The translations under genes and the position numbers were made by a program. The notes under the pieces were generated by a model, which worked only from the letters and a program-made list of their open reading frames with translations, ran no database searches and had not been told where the DNA came from. From positions 22,675-86,674 of the forward strand of contig JBCCVQ010000015.1 in assembly GCA_039194965.1 (NCBI GenBank): a stretch of 64,000 nt of DNA, given 5' to 3'. The DNA is from Pseudomonadota bacterium. Lineage in GTDB: Bacteria; Pseudomonadota; Alphaproteobacteria; Caulobacterales; Hyphomonadaceae. Positions 62,612-64,000 of this stretch are shown piece by piece (the stretch's first letter is position 1; every line of letters starts with the position of its first letter).

Positions 62612-63651
62612 TATTCATCCCCCTCATCTTTGGAGGACTCGACTTCGCCCGCATCGACGCGCTTTGAGAACGCAGTCTCTTCGCCGTCTGCGAGGGTTTT
62701 CGCTTGGGCGATCCAGTCTTCGCGCTCAATCCGTCCCGGGAAGGACATGAAGTCTTCGACCCAATCGACATTGGCTGGGGTCCAGGACGCGATTTGGCTG
62801 AACTTATAGATGCCAAGTTCGTTCAGGGCTTTTTCATTGACGGGGCCGATGCCTTTAATGCGCTTGAGATCGTCTTCTTCACCATCCGCCAGTTCGACCA
62901 CGTCCGGCTTGTCTTCGGGCTTCGGCGCGGGCTTGGAGTCTTTGATCAGTGTGGTTTTGGCCTCTTTGGCCGGGACTGGCTCTGGCTCAGCCGGCGCTTC
63001 GCTCGGCAGATTTGGCAGCGATGTGATCGCATTGCGAGATCCATCATAGAGATCATCAGCGAGCAGACTGGTCGCCCCACCCTGCGGTGCGGAATTTAAG
63101 CGATCCACATATGGGCCCGGCTTCACTTCGGCGCCGTGTTCGAGCTTGGTGAGAATTTCATCGAAACTCTCAACTGTCAGGTCTTCATAATAATAGTCGT
63201 TGATTTGCACCATTGGCGCATTCACGCAGGCGCCTAAACATTCGACCTCTTCCCAGCTCAGGCGGCCATCATCGGTGACATGCATAGGGTCGCCAATTTT
63301 CTTGCGGCAAACCTCTTTCAGGTCATTTGCGCCACGCAGCATGCAAGGGGTCGTGCCGCAAAGCTGGACGTGGTTTTTGCCGACCGGCTGAAGCCGGAAC
63401 ATGGTGTAGAAAGTCGCGACTTCATACACACGGATATAGGGCATTTCGAGCCGATCTGCGACTTCGCGCATGGCCGGTTCCGAGAGCCAGCCCTGATTGT
63501 CCTTTTGCGCCAGCCAGAGGAGCGGGATCACCGCAGAGCGTTTCTTCTCCTCAGGATATTTCCCAAGCCAGAACGCGATCGTCGGTTCAGTTTCGGGTTT
63601 GAACGCGAAACTGTCGCCGCCGGCTTCCAGATCAAAACGTCTCAGCGCCAT
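62611..63651 (-). CDS. nuoE: NADH-quinone oxidoreductase subunit E with a ~140-aa C-terminal extension
   Basis: 346 aa. The 2Fe-2S ligands are in LCGTTPCMLRG and ECLGACVNAP. A Pro/Glu/Lys-rich linker follows, then IKGIGPVNEKALNELGIYKFSQIASW, which looks like a helix-hairpin-helix module. Confidence 0.94.
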   Translation of the reverse strand: MALRRFDLEAGGDSFAFKPETEPTIAFWLGKYPEEKKRSAVIPLLWLAQKDNQGWLSEPAMREVADRLEMPYIRVYEVATFYTMFRLQPVGKNHVQLCGTTPCMLRGANDLKEVCRKKIGDPMHVTDDGRLSWEEVECLGACVNAPMVQINDYYYEDLTVESFDEILTKLEHGAEVKPGPYVDRLNSAPQGGATSLLADDLYDGSRNAITSLPNLPSEAPAEPEPVPAKEAKTTLIKDSKPAPKPEDKPDVVELADGEEDDLKRIKGIGPVNEKALNELGIYKFSQIASWTPANVDWVEDFMSFPGRIEREDWIAQAKTLADGEETAFSKRVDAGEVESSKDEGDE

Positions 63652-64000
63652 TACGCTGTCTCCTCGAGGAAGGGGTCTATGTCATTTTTGAGCAACCGAA
63701 ACTCGCCCTTGCCGCGCGCCTGGCACCAGGCATTCGCATCGTCGAACAGGGCTTGGATAGCATCTGCATTGAGATCGGTCGTGGCGAACTTTTCAGAAGC
63801 GCGCTCGCCTGTGATCGCGACGCGCAGGCCGTTATCTTCGGGATCACGTTCAATCTCGTGATAGAAATGTGTCGCCCAGCCTTTGACGCCAATCACGGGG
63901 GCATCGGTGTCAGGGTCGGCGTTAAACGGGAGGTCTTTGTCTGCGTAAAAGTCGACATTGCAGACATCGCAAATGGCTTCGAATTTGTCTGAGTTTGGGT
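63651..64000 (-). CDS. Acidic hypothetical protein upstream of nuoE; partial, open to the right edge
   Basis: The track lists 63651..63896 from a GTG. My hand translation shows the frame stays open to position 64000 (...PNSDKFEAICDVCNVDFYADKDLPFNADPDTDAPVIGVKGW...). Its TAA shares a base with the nuoE ATG (TAATG). It does not resemble the NuoD C-terminus. Confidence 0.5.
   Translation of the reverse strand, partial: PNSDKFEAICDVCNVDFYADKDLPFNADPDTDAPVIGVKGWATHFYHEIERDPEDNGLRVAITGERASEKFATTDLNADAIQALFDDANAWCQARGKGEFRLLKNDIDPFLEETA

Overview
This window looks like a core chromosomal segment of an alphaproteobacterium. Two gene orders support that: dusB-ntrBC-ntrYX-trkAH-hfq-hflX, and nuoE..N-birA-coaX-rnj-mce-DUF1467. 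Coding density is very high and most genes are on the minus strand. From left to right I see: a partial efflux adaptor, a D-aminoacylase, tRNA-Val, lon-clpX-clpP, a DUF3088 gene coupled to hflX-hfq, trkHA, ntrXYCB-dusB, ispDF, cinA/pncC, a TauD-family dioxygenase, mnmA, an outer-membrane beta-barrel, lipA plus an SRPBCC gene, an AMP-binding ligase, MBL/tatD/holB/tmk/DD-carboxypeptidase/rlpA, and tRNA-Ser. A roughly 13-kb accessory-looking block follows: a MarR / TPR-sulfotransferase / TonB-dependent receptor operon sits divergent from a BCCT / compact-BCCT / GMC-oxidoreductase operon, and then comes a FabY-like ketosynthase with an ArgE-like deacylase. The last third is the distal complex I operon (nuoE to nuoN) and its downstream housekeeping genes. 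I found no CRISPR array, integrase, transposase, reverse transcriptase or recognisable phage-defence genes, so most of the window is ordinary. The most unusual items are: (1) a low-GC secreted Cys-Ser-Cys protein with a TIMP/NTR-like cysteine pattern, translationally coupled between nuoF and nuoG, plus two more unidentified ORFs inserted in nuo; (2) a 383-aa compact BCCT paralogue coupled between a full-length BCCT and a choline-dehydrogenase-like gene; (3) a FabY-class ketosynthase in an alphaproteobacterial context, coupled to an M20 deacylase; (4) a TBDR / cytoplasmic TPR-sulfotransferase / MarR operon; (5) an NtrC that lacks the GAFTGA sigma54-contact loop. All functional calls come from motifs read by eye and from memory of protein families. 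No searches were run.
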